A stretch of DNA of 64,000 nucleotides, taken from assembly GCA_958296135.2 (NCBI GenBank), contig CATQHZ020000001.1, forward strand, positions 4,896,001 to 4,960,000, written 5' to 3'. Source of the stretch: an uncultured Poribacteria bacterium. GTDB lineage: Bacteria; Poribacteria; WGA-4E; WGA-3G. Shown one piece after another: positions 50,801-58,641 of this stretch (within the stretch, counting starts at the first letter, position 1; each line of letters starts with the position of its first letter). The notes under the pieces were generated by a model that saw only the letters and a program-made list of their open reading frames with translations, did not search any database and was not told the DNA's origin. The position numbers and the translations under genes are program-made.

Positions 50801-53574
50801 GACACGGCGGTATTGCCGATGTCAATGTCAAGCGGTGTCGGGGCATCCCCTGCAGTTTCCTCAAAAGTCACCGTGATACGAGAGAACCCTTCCGCTATGA
50901 CAGGAATGCGCTCGGTGGCTATCTCCATCGGCGGCGTTGTCAACGCGACGACGCTCGTAATTGATGGCAGCTCCGTATCCACATCTAAGCGGAATCGGTA
51001 GACAAACGGACGTGCACTGACGTTACCGACATAGTCTTGCGGCGTAACTGAGAGCGTGTAGTCTCCCGATGCCAGCAATTTTGAAAAATTAACGCTTACC
51101 GTGCTGTTGCGAGGGACAGCCCCTCGCGCGACGTTAACATTGAGGTTGATGGCGATGTCTGTTCCGCCCGGTCCTGTCAGCGTCACAGCGGTGTTGCCTA
51201 TGTCAATATCGTCTTCTTCAAACCCTACCGTGATGCGGGAGAACGCCTCTGCAATGACAGGAATGCGCTCTGCGCCCATGTCTGTCGGAGTTCCTGTCAA
51301 CGCCTGCACGGTGGTAATTCGCGGAAACTGGGTATCCACGTTGAACGTGAAATCCTCTGTCCACCGTTGCCCACTAAAATCTACGAACGTAGCAGTGATG
51401 GTGTATTCTCCATCCGCTGAGCCATCGTCGGGGAGGACGGCTTCCGTGCGCCAGGTCAGCCGTCGGTTCTCTTCGTCAGCAGGGGCGGGAGCGATGTTCC
51501 TCGGAATAGGCACGCCACCGGGGGATTTTACGACGAGCGTCGATGCATCAAAGTCTATGCCGACACCGATGTAGTCAACGAGCTCTACGGCGACGAGCCC
51601 CTCGGCAGCCGCGGTGAGACTGTTTACCGTTGACGTTTCCGGCCGGAGCAAGCGGATTTTGGGAGCCGTTTGACTCACCAAAAAGAACTCTCGACGTGCC
51701 GCCGCGCCCTGGTTTCCGGCACGATCGACCGGCGTAACCTCGATTACGTAAAGCCCATCATCTGAACCATCTACGGCGAAGGGAGCGAGGACTGTCAGCG
51801 TCGCTGTCTCTGTGCCGTTGCTCGTGATGTTTACCGGCACCTCCGTGTCGTTGTGCATGAGCCCGAAGGTGCTCTGGACGAAGTCAATGCCGCTGGTGCT
51901 TTCCTGGAGGTTCACCTGCACCTGCGTGAGGGACGACACCGTCTCGTTTGAGTCCGGAACGGTGGAGACAAGCGTCGGAATCTGTGTATCGTAGATAAAT
52001 TGGAAACTTTCAGTCTCCGTGTTACCGAGTCTATCTGCAACGGTGACATCAAGCGTGTAGATTCCATCTTGGCTTCCGTCTCTGCTGACAAGCGGCTGGG
52101 CTAACAAGAGAGCGACGCGGTTGTTATCCCGGTCTGGAATGATTTGGGGCTCGGGAGCAGGGGTTCCTCCTACTGGATGAAAAGTGATAGTTGCGCCTGT
52201 TTCCACATCTACCCCTGTCCCTGCACTTCCATCAGGATTGGCATCGCTAAACGTGGCGGCGATTTGGTAAAGGGGTGCCGAGTGATAGAGCCTCTTCTGA
52301 ATTCCGCTAAACGCCTCTCCCTCTTCACTTGCGCTTAAGGTGACAAGCTGCGGGGCGCGGTTGTCGTAGATGAAAGGCACCTGCGTCTCTGTCCGATTGC
52401 CGGCTTTGTCAACGGCATCGATGACTATCGTGTATTCGCCATCCTGTTCACCGTTCGTTGGAACTAACGGCGTGAGGAACTCCAAGCGGATTTTGTCTTC
52501 CGAAGGAGACACTTGCTGTCCCAAGACGGGCCTTTCGTCCGGCGCAGTCAAACGGATAGTTGAGGAACCGCGGCTGAGTCCATCCTCAAGGTTATCAGCA
52601 AGCGTTGCCTCAACGAATGTCACCTCCCCGTTTACGCCTCGGCTCGGCGGAATGTCCCCTTGACTAGTGGCTACGCTGATTAACGTGGGCGCGGCGGTAT
52701 CGTAGGTGAAAGTTGTCGTGCCTTCGGCGGGGTTTCCCGCTTGATCAACGATGGTATAAGATAAGGTGTAGGTGCCGTTTTCGCCCAGTGTATCCAGCTG
52801 ATTTCCTAAGGTCAGCGTGAGGGCTGTGCCTGTAAGCGTCGTCGCGCCGCTCAGCACCGTGCCATCTTCGGCAGTAAGACTGATTGCTGTCTGATTATCG
52901 GTGAAATCAATCTCGGTTCCGGATCCTTTGTCGGCTGTCACGGTGATGGAGCTGAGGGTTGCGGCGATGTAGCCGCCATCGACGAGGGTAACGTTTCCAT
53001 TTCCCTGCACGCGCGTAATGTTGGGTGGCTCCCGATCGATGATGATTGCAGCAGTTGCGCCCACCAGGTACTTGTTTGAATGCTCTGGCCCAACGGGGTT
53101 GAGAGCATTCCCCTGTTCCTCCATAGGCACGTGGGCAATGGTGAAACGAAGCTGCAACGTATAGGAACCGTCGGGTAGTTCTCTCCCGTTGCCATCTTCA
53201 CCATCCCAACGGTAGATATAACTCCCGCTGCTAGTTCGGAGGTTAGAATTGGGAACTTGAAACTCGGTGCCGTTTCGGAGGAATACGAGCTCCGTTTCGT
53301 GGACATCTTCGGAGATGCTATAGGAAACGTTGATGGTATCTTGGACACCGTCGTTGTTGGGCGAAAATTGGTGTGCATCAACACTGATGGAGGCCCGAAC
53401 ATCCCAGGCTTCTCCAAAAGCGTCATGCGGTTGAGTTTGCCCCACATGTGCTTCTGACGGAACAGCAAGCATGATAAAAAAGGTTAGACAGATGACTCCC
53501 TGAATTAGGGCTGTTAATAGCACGTGGTAGTTTTTCATGGATGTATTATTGTTTCTTGGCACTGGTTTCTCCAT
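44803..53574 (-). CDS. Giant 2923-aa secreted Ig-like repeat protein with FlgD-like N-terminus and T9SS-like C-terminal domain
   Basis: Signal peptide; FSPNNDGVQD...WDGEDGNG..LPDGSY; many DGSxDGxY...DxAGN...YDTQ.P repeats; C-terminus WPNPLR...WNLRNQAGNPVARGIYIFRL...GKVLVVD. Confidence 0.88.
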   Translation of the reverse strand: MEKPVPRNNNTSMKNYHVLLTALIQGVICLTFFIMLAVPSEAHVGQTQPHDAFGEAWDVRASISVDAHQFSPNNDGVQDTINVSYSISEDVHETELVFLRNGTEFQVPNSNLRTSSGSYIYRWDGEDGNGRELPDGSYTLQLRFTIAHVPMEEQGNALNPVGPEHSNKYLVGATAAIIIDREPPNITRVQGNGNVTLVDGGYIAATLSSITVTADKGSGTEIDFTDNQTAISLTAEDGTVLSGATTLTGTALTLTLGNQLDTLGENGTYTLSYTIVDQAGNPAEGTTTFTYDTAAPTLISVATSQGDIPPSRGVNGEVTFVEATLADNLEDGLSRGSSTIRLTAPDERPVLGQQVSPSEDKIRLEFLTPLVPTNGEQDGEYTIVIDAVDKAGNRTETQVPFIYDNRAPQLVTLSASEEGEAFSGIQKRLYHSAPLYQIAATFSDANPDGSAGTGVDVETGATITFHPVGGTPAPEPQIIPDRDNNRVALLLAQPLVSRDGSQDGIYTLDVTVADRLGNTETESFQFIYDTQIPTLVSTVPDSNETVSSLTQVQVNLQESTSGIDFVQSTFGLMHNDTEVPVNITSNGTETATLTVLAPFAVDGSDDGLYVIEVTPVDRAGNQGAAARREFFLVSQTAPKIRLLRPETSTVNSLTAAAEGLVAVELVDYIGVGIDFDASTLVVKSPGGVPIPRNIAPAPADEENRRLTWRTEAVLPDDGSADGEYTITATFVDFSGQRWTEDFTFNVDTQFPRITTVQALTGTPTDMGAERIPVIAEAFSRITVGFEEDDIDIGNTAVTLTGPGGTDIAINLNVNVARGAVPRNSTVSVNFSKLLASGDYTLSVTPQDYVGNVSARPFVYRFRLDVDTELPSITSVVALTTPPMEIATERIPVIAEGFSRITVTFEETAGDAPTPLDIDIGNTAVSLTGPDGEAIAINVTHDGKSSLTLNFSRLTASGNYSLSVTPQDYAGNVSPRPFVYPFRLDVALPRVSAVAIGGKIGTVVYVNGGATSIVATLTAPTGTGLAFGNEGSRISVTNADGTEIPGVTTVQGTTELVWQAIGQPTDGTADGRYTVTVTPVDKAGRQGEVARRQFIYDTQSPQITDAAPLSLTAPVTFVTAGFASDTELSFTVADVGPAGVEMSEQTAQLLGADGTALSAVVTRNQTDRMFLTFTEPLAVDGSADGSYSIAVSLVDRAGNETQANYAVVYDTQVPQVSDVTLNTAEPTRLVATQPTVITELGFSELEIAFEEATTRVDFANTTMTLTGPENETLPLTLTPKGTTQVTARFVAPQALGVYTLSITPQDIAGNVARGAVTYRFRLDVNVPSVISVRIDGKVGGIVYVNGEATSIVATLVDPSGAGIALGEGGSTITVANAAGTPVPGTTTDNGVAELTWVPGVLPLDGTADGRYTVTITPRDKAGRQGAAVYRQFVFDTQPPRVTEATPIVLNQPRTYVNASFSQNPQVRFTVADVGPAALDLAAQQVHFRAPDGDEVPSALKHNETDQVFLTLTDPLPIDGSADGTYTVTLTLVDRAGNETQADYAVVYDTQVPQVSDVTLNTAEPTRLVATQPTVITELGFSELEIAFEEATTRVDFANTTVTLTNPEDETLSLTLMPVTVAQEPVPLEPQSTVLRAQFVAPQALGIYTLSITPQDIAGNTARGAVTYRFRLDVDLPSVTSVRIDGKVGGIVYVNGEATSIVATLVDPSGAGIALGEGGSTITVANAAGTPVPGTTTDNGVAELTWVPGVLPLDGTADGRYTVTITPRDKAGRQGAAVYRQFVFDTQPPRVTEATPIVLNQPRTYVNASFSQNPQVRFTVADVGPAALDLAAQRVHFRAPDGDEVPSALKHNETDQVFLTLTDPLPIDGSADGTYTVTLTLVDRAGNETQADYAVVYDTQVPQVSGVTLNTAEPTRLVATQPTVITELGFSELEIAFEEATTRVDFANTTVTLTNPEDETLSLTLMPVTVAQEPVPLEPQSTVLRAQFVAPQALGIYTLSITPQDIAGNTARGAVTYRFRLDVDLPSVTSVRIDGKAGGIVYVNGEATSIVAMLADPSGAGVALGEGGSTITVANAAGTPVPGTTTDDGVDALTWVPSALPLDGTADGRYTVTITPRDKAGRQGAAVYRQFVFDTQPPEITDASPMDMSQPVTYLSAPSALAQLSVTVADVGPAEFWVEEQSMTLLDAAGSQVPTDLTHNETDRLFLTLPQPLAKDGSEDGEYTVRVTLVDKSGNRYEAEHSIVYDTQAPQLVSTVPADGDILTDDVSQVEATLEDAGGSGIDFSATTLTLVAPGGTSITGALSNNGESELTLNLNPLVEDGRYRIRVQVRDRAGNGDALRFERSFLLSRTLPSVVSTEPVTAPAEDAFTNEKISRIEVELESADAKTEARHLSTLRLLGPGARVIPGQQQRDASRLTYTLARPLAQDGSEDGIYTIEFTPISASGRSGDAQSLTFTYDTEAPELETEDIQLVVTESGVNNSLTEIQVKLTDNQSGIDWENLDDDWLSFERISPNGGKTISGKVEDASQDTLRFRLTTPLADDGSNDGEYRITVSPKDRAGNSSAPYEKVFTYDTAPPVIDDSTLLINGAPLLVDANALDYPTAISTTGGVVIQANMFDDGLGVNLAQSRIVVKAPGGAQLAGTTQQNGVDTLVFKSAGLTTRGLYQVTVTSVGNDAEFLGFAPQDSITTEFLYETTAPTATLTSDGGVKELTDEALPLEGTATDPSGTQRIGDNEQQVPASGVWLVEIVGTGPDEQPIDPVPAVDDSNAEEEPWSRWSLDFLPSRSGEYDLDVRVTDKAGNYEVYDIGKYTMSVSLTFRGSTFGWPNPLRISRGDVAFFSFDVNVPMGDTVELTLSIYDWSGDMVLSQTYPDVVSGMRNDQLLKWNLRNQAGNPVARGIYIFRLEAFNATGNRANVVGKVLVVD
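47150..50000. repeat. Intragenic tandem repeats with a 1047-bp (349-aa) period
   Basis: Near-identical shadow ORFs start at 47131, 48178 and 49225. Confidence 0.9.
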
Positions 53575-53859
53575 GGCATTCTGTTCATTGAAACATGGGG
53601 AGCCGAATTGTCCCCTGGAGACTGCGAGGGACAGACCCCCGCGCTACGGTATGAAAACGGGTTTAAAAATGGGACGAAATTCGCCCCCGAATTCGCGGTT
53701 TAACAGATTAGACGCAGAACTCTGAAAAAGGTTGAAAAAAAGTATCAATTCTCTATCGGGCTGCTCAAACTTTTTTCACGATGCGTGCATAACCTTTTAA
53801 AATGTTGCCGGAGCGGTGTGACGCTCGGGTCTTCGCAAGGTCAGGAGGTTATGCACATT

Positions 53860-54032
53860 TTATTGTGCGCGTTGGTTAGGCACGCGGTTGGTAAACGTTA
53901 TCTCTATCTCTCTGTCGGCGCGAGGGGTTCGCGCGGGGTTGCGTCAAAACGTTTGTTTTCACAGATTGGTGTTTATGCGCGGGAGAGGGTTTCTCTCTCC
54001 CACGCGCGAGGGTCAGAGCCGGGGTGGCGGCC
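53860..54032 (-). promoter_or_regulatory. Paralog-array spacer fused to the conserved leader
   Basis: AAAACAAACGTTTTGACGCAA, CCCCGCGCG hairpin, AGATAACGTTTACCAACC and GCGT/ACGC hairpin. Confidence 0.7.
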
Positions 54033-54842
54033 CTATCTTTTGAGCCGGGCGATGGCCTCCTCCAAGTTCCGTATTCGAATCTCTGTAGGGAATGGATCTG
54101 TAAGTGCCAGACCCAATTGTTTCTCCAATTTTGGCAGGATGATGTGTTTGACGATACCGTCTAACTCCACCCGGTGCCGGGCCCCGATATGGCCCAAGAC
54201 ATGAGGGGCAACATACACGCCCATGGCCTCATCGTCCTCTTCGTCCAGATAGGGGAGGAGGTAGGGGACAACGGGCGGGCCCATGGCGATGAGGGCTTCG
54301 CGGACAGGGGCAGTTCCTATCTTACCCCCACACTGATAAGCGACGAGGGTTTCGATGGACCGCGGGTCGCGGAGATAGGCGAGTTCGTTTAGCAAGTCGC
54401 CGATTTCTTCTGCATGGGCCTCGCTCTCAAGAGAGTCGACTATCGGTGTCAATTGTTGGACGAGCCCTGGGGTTCGGGGGTCTGCGTTGCCGCCCCAGGC
54501 GAAGGGGTTGTCGGCGATTTCGTCAAGTTGTGCCCAGGCTTTGGCAACCGGGTCTTCGGTGTCTGCCTCGGCGAGGTTTTCGGGTTTGCTTGCCTCGTGC
54601 GGGCTGCCGGTGCTGGGTTTCCAGTCAACGCTGGGTATCAGGTCACCGGTGTCGTTATCGTGTGCATCGTCGGGTTTCCAGTCACCGTCGGGTTTCCCGT
54701 GGCCGCCGGTTTCGGTGTCATCGGCGGGTGGTGGCACGGGGAGTGCTGCGTCGAATTGCTGCTGCCAGTCGGCGTAGAAGTAGAGGGCGAGGCAGAGCGC
54801 GAGCAGGAGGCAGATTGCGCTGATGAGGGTTTTGCCGTTCAT
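54033..54842 (-). CDS. Membrane-anchored HEAT-like paralog P7 (locus D)
   Basis: Family motifs; linker like P3 and C-terminus like P6. Confidence 0.85.
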   Translation of the reverse strand: MNGKTLISAICLLLALCLALYFYADWQQQFDAALPVPPPADDTETGGHGKPDGDWKPDDAHDNDTGDLIPSVDWKPSTGSPHEASKPENLAEADTEDPVAKAWAQLDEIADNPFAWGGNADPRTPGLVQQLTPIVDSLESEAHAEEIGDLLNELAYLRDPRSIETLVAYQCGGKIGTAPVREALIAMGPPVVPYLLPYLDEEDDEAMGVYVAPHVLGHIGARHRVELDGIVKHIILPKLEKQLGLALTDPFPTEIRIRNLEEAIARLKR

Positions 54843-54958
54843 GAGGGTTCTCCTTTGGAAACGTTTTTGTGTCAAAACGTTTGTTTTGACGGATTGGTAT
54901 TTATGCGTGGGAGAGGGTTTCTCTCCCGCGCGCGACGGTAACTGTCGGAGTTATGTCC

Positions 54959-55753
54959 CTATTGTTTGAGGGCGACGATGGCCTCCTTCACGCGCCCCTG
55001 CTTATAAGAGCTTATAAATCCCTCTGCGAGCAGCTGCTCGAATCTTGGGAGGATAATGTGTTCGACGATACCGTCTAGGTCTGCCCGGTGCTGGGTCCCG
55101 ATTGCGCTTAAGATCCTGGCGGCTTTCAGTACGCCCTTAGAACCTTTTTTCTCCTTAAGTGCCTCGTCCAGATAGGGGACGAGGTGTGGGACCACGGGGG
55201 GGCCCAGGGCGATGAGGGTTTGGGTAGCAAGGCCGGAGCTCATGCCGCTGTCGCATTGATAGGCGACGAGTGCCTCAATGGCGTTGGGATCTCGGAGTTT
55301 GGCGAGATCCGTCAGCACGAAGCTGAGGTCCATTGCGTGTGCTTCGCTCCTCATTCCCCTGGGTGGCGGCCATTCGAGTTGCGCGATGAGTTCGTCGGTT
55401 TGGGGGTGTGCGGTTCCTCCCCATGCGAATCGGTTCTCGGCGATTTCGTCGAGTTTTGCCCAGGCTTTAGCGATGGGGTCGTCTGGGTCGAGTTCGCCGA
55501 GGTTTTCGGGTCTGACGAGTTCTCGCGGTTCGATATGTTGTTGCCAGTCGTCGCTGGGTATCAGGTCACCGGTGTCGTTATCGTGTGCATCGTCGCCGGG
55601 TTTCCCGTGGCCGCCGGGTTGTTCGTCGGCGGCGGGGGGTGGCACGGGGAGTGCTGCGTCGAATCGCTGCTGCTGCCAGTCGGCGTAGAAGTAGAGGGCG
55701 AGGCAGAACGCGAGTAGGAGGCAGATTGCGCTGATGAGGGTTTTGCCGTTCAT
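54959..55753 (-). CDS. Membrane-anchored HEAT-like paralog P8 (locus D)
   Basis: Family motifs; unique variable blocks. Confidence 0.85.
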   Translation of the reverse strand: MNGKTLISAICLLLAFCLALYFYADWQQQRFDAALPVPPPAADEQPGGHGKPGDDAHDNDTGDLIPSDDWQQHIEPRELVRPENLGELDPDDPIAKAWAKLDEIAENRFAWGGTAHPQTDELIAQLEWPPPRGMRSEAHAMDLSFVLTDLAKLRDPNAIEALVAYQCDSGMSSGLATQTLIALGPPVVPHLVPYLDEALKEKKGSKGVLKAARILSAIGTQHRADLDGIVEHIILPRFEQLLAEGFISSYKQGRVKEAIVALKQ

Positions 55754-55928
55754 GAGGGTTCTCCTTTGGAAACGTTTTTGTGTCAAAACGTTTGTTTTGA
55801 CGGGTTTGTGTTTATGTGTGGGAGAGGGTTTCTCTCCCGCGCGCGACGGTAATGGTACCGCAGGCATCGAGACCGGGAGGGCTCTCCTACCGGGCCCGCG
55901 CGCGATGGTGAGGGCCGGGGTGGTGGCC

Positions 55929-56747
55929 CTATCTTTTGAGCCGGGCGATGGCCTCCTCCAAGTCCCGTATTCGAATCTCTGTAGGGAATGGATCTGTAAG
56001 TGCCAGCCCCAATTGTTTCTCCAATTTTGGCAGGATGATGTGTTTGACGATACCGTCTAACTCCACCCGGTGCTGGGCCCCGATATGGCCCAAGACATGA
56101 GAGGCAACATACACGCCCATGGCCTCATCGTCCTCTTCGTCTAGATAGGGGAGGAGGTAGGGGACAACGGGCGGCCCCATGGCGATGAGGGCTTCGCGGA
56201 CAGGGGCAGTTCCTATCTTACCCCCACACTGATAAGCGACGAGGGTTTCGATGGACCGCGGGTCGCGGAGATAGGCGAGTTCGTTTAGCAGTCCCAAGAT
56301 TTCTTCTGCATGGGCCTCGCTCTCAAGATAGTCAACTATCGGTGTCAATTGTTGGACGAGCCCTGGGGTTCGGGGGTCTGCGGTGCCGCCCCAGGCGAAG
56401 GGATTTTCGGCGAGTTCGTCAAGTTTTGCCCAGGCTTTGGCAACCGGGTCCTCGGTGTCTGCCTCGGCGAGGTTTTCGGGTTTGCTTGCCTCGTGCGGGC
56501 TGCCGGTGCTGGGTTGCCAGTCGTCGCTGGGGATGAGTTCAGTTTCACCGGTGTCGTCATGTGCATCGTCGGCGGGTTTCCATTCGCCATCAGGTTTCCC
56601 GTGGCCGCCGGTTTCGGTGTCATCAGCGGGTGGTGGCACGGGGAGTGCTGCGTCGAATCGCTGCTGCTGCCAGTCGGCGTAGAAGTAGAGGGCGAGGCAG
56701 AGCGCGAGGAGGAGGCAGATTGCGCTGATGAGGGTTTTGCCGTTCAT
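55929..56747 (-). CDS. Membrane-anchored HEAT-like paralog P9 (locus D)
   Basis: Close to P7 and P6. Confidence 0.85.
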   Translation of the reverse strand: MNGKTLISAICLLLALCLALYFYADWQQQRFDAALPVPPPADDTETGGHGKPDGEWKPADDAHDDTGETELIPSDDWQPSTGSPHEASKPENLAEADTEDPVAKAWAKLDELAENPFAWGGTADPRTPGLVQQLTPIVDYLESEAHAEEILGLLNELAYLRDPRSIETLVAYQCGGKIGTAPVREALIAMGPPVVPYLLPYLDEEDDEAMGVYVASHVLGHIGAQHRVELDGIVKHIILPKLEKQLGLALTDPFPTEIRIRDLEEAIARLKR

Positions 56748-56904
56748 GAGGGTTCTCCTATTGGAAACGTTTTATAGCAATCAAGTCGAGACCAGGAGGT
56801 CTCTCCTACCGAAGGGAAGTCGAGACCGGGAGGTCTTTCCTACAAGCGAGGTCTCTCCTACAAGAGGGCATCGAGACCGGGAGGGCTCTCCTACGGGACT
56901 CCGC

Positions 56905-57112
56905 TTCATCTCGGTTGCCAGGAGATGAAGAGGTGTTGTTCGTTGAGCACTAACGTGATGCGCCGGTTGTCCTTTTCAAGGACGACCTGTTTGGGTGCAA
57001 TCATAACCAAACGCCAGCCGTTTTGGGACACATCATCGAGCGTGACGAAGTGAATCTGTTGCGTGTCGACAGATTTCAAGACGGCTTGATAGTGATTGCG
57101 TTCGTCTTTGCG
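56905..57112 (-). pseudogene. 5'-deleted copy of the gspC-like gene
   Basis: The RBS region GGAGAAATCAAACCG is joined almost directly to DERNHYQAVLK...EQHLFIS; the start codon and 5' half are missing. Confidence 0.8.
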
Positions 57113-57114
57113 GT

Positions 57115-57250
57115 TTGATTTCTCCTGGTGCGTGGGTTAGGTGCGCGGTTGGTAAACGTTATCTACGGGCCGCGTGATCGATTTCGCGCGGGTGCTGTGA
57201 AAAATTGCAATCATGTTTAAATGATACCACATTTTTGCTCGTTTGCCAAG
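57115..57250 (-). promoter_or_regulatory. Promoter plus conserved leader heading locus D
   Basis: TTGGCA...TATCAT, CCGCG/CGCGG hairpin and AGATAACGTTTACCAACC. Confidence 0.65.
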
Positions 57251-57633
57251 TCATCATTTCGCGCGACAGTCGCGCGATTGTTTTTTATTTTCATTAAAAC
57301 CGCGTGTTATGTCAAAAAATGCAAGGGCGTTTTTTTCATATAACGGGCGCAATTGAATAATAGCGTTGCCAACCTTGATGATGCGCAATCGTTTATTTCT
57401 CATCGAAAACGGGCGGATATAGAAATCCGACCTTACTAACGTTTTCAGGTTTTCGCTGCGGTTTTGCGCGAGTGACGTAATAATTCTATCATTTTTGCGA
57501 TTTTTGTCAAAAACGTGAAAAAAGTAAAGTTGAGGGAGCGCGAGGGACAGGTTTTCCCTCGCGCTACGGTTTAATGAGCCGGCCGGGAGCGCGCGGGGGA
57601 CAGGTCTTCCCTCGCGCTACGGCTTAATGAGCC

Positions 57634-58641
57634 CTACCCAATCTCCCCATTCGCGACCATCGTCAATAAGGCAGAATCGTCCGTCGTGAGCGGTAAATGA
57701 ATCTTCGCGCGCCGGCGGCTGGACTCATACGTCGCGAAGATGAGCTCTGTCGCTTGCAGTGCCTTGCGGCCGCTTAACTCTGGCTCACGGCCCGTCTTGA
57801 TGCAGTGGACAAGATCGAGGACGGAGAGCGTCGTCGCATCGCGTTCGGGAACCAAACCGCTGAGATTGGGCTGTTCCCAGTCGGCACCCTCGCGGAGGAT
57901 GCGAATCGGCGCGCCACCGCCGCCGACATCAATGATACCCTTCGTGCCGATAAGCCGATTGGCAAAGCCGGATAAGCCGGTCCCGCCAGTAGCCAGTAAC
58001 CCTTCCACGCCGTTTTTCCAGCGCAGCCACGATATGCCGCTTGTCTCTACCTGCGTTCCGAAAACGGTTCGTTCTTCGGCTACATCTATTTGACCGGTAA
58101 CCCAGTCAATGGGTTCGTCATTATTGTAAAAAAAGAACATGTCAAACCAATGCGTTCCCCAGTCAAGCAAATTTGGGCAGGCGGCTTCAAGCCGCCGCAA
58201 TTCGCCGATTGCGCCTTCATTCGCGAGCCGTTTCGCCTTGATGAACTGCGCGCCGAACCGGCGTTGATGGCAGAACGTGATGACGACATCGTTGTCAACG
58301 CACGCCTGATAAAGTGCCTTCGCCTCGCCCCAGGTCGGTGCCATCGGTTTCTCGCAGTGGATCGCCTTGATTCCGCTGTTGGCGGCAGCGATAACCATGT
58401 CCTTATGGAGGGCAATCCACGTGCAGACGCTGACGAAATCAAGCGATTCGTTGTCTAGCATTTCCTGATAGTTTTCGTAGGTATTCGGCACGTCAAACTG
58501 CTCGGCGAAAGCGTTGCGTGCGTCTTCAACCGGGTCAGAACACGCGACGATGTCGACATCTGGGGATGCCTCATAGCCGCGTGCGTGCGAGCGTCCGCGC
58601 CCGCCGCATCCGATGATACCTGCTTTGAAGGTGGTTTCCAT
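57634..58641 (-). CDS. Gfo/Idh/MocA family oxidoreductase
   Basis: GIIGCGGRG, CEKPMA and DWGTHWFD; AAGGAG RBS. Confidence 0.9.
   Translation of the reverse strand: METTFKAGIIGCGGRGRSHARGYEASPDVDIVACSDPVEDARNAFAEQFDVPNTYENYQEMLDNESLDFVSVCTWIALHKDMVIAAANSGIKAIHCEKPMAPTWGEAKALYQACVDNDVVITFCHQRRFGAQFIKAKRLANEGAIGELRRLEAACPNLLDWGTHWFDMFFFYNNDEPIDWVTGQIDVAEERTVFGTQVETSGISWLRWKNGVEGLLATGGTGLSGFANRLIGTKGIIDVGGGGAPIRILREGADWEQPNLSGLVPERDATTLSVLDLVHCIKTGREPELSGRKALQATELIFATYESSRRRAKIHLPLTTDDSALLTMVANGEIG

Noticed and set aside
53785-53856. 11-bp inverted repeat GTGCATAACCT/AGGTTATGCAC as a MITE
   Set aside because: Single copy in the window with no target duplication; it cannot be distinguished from a leader hairpin
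22337-56747. Diversity-generating retroelement behind the paralog variation
   Set aside because: No reverse transcriptase in the window, and the differences are block swaps and indels rather than adenine-specific substitutions
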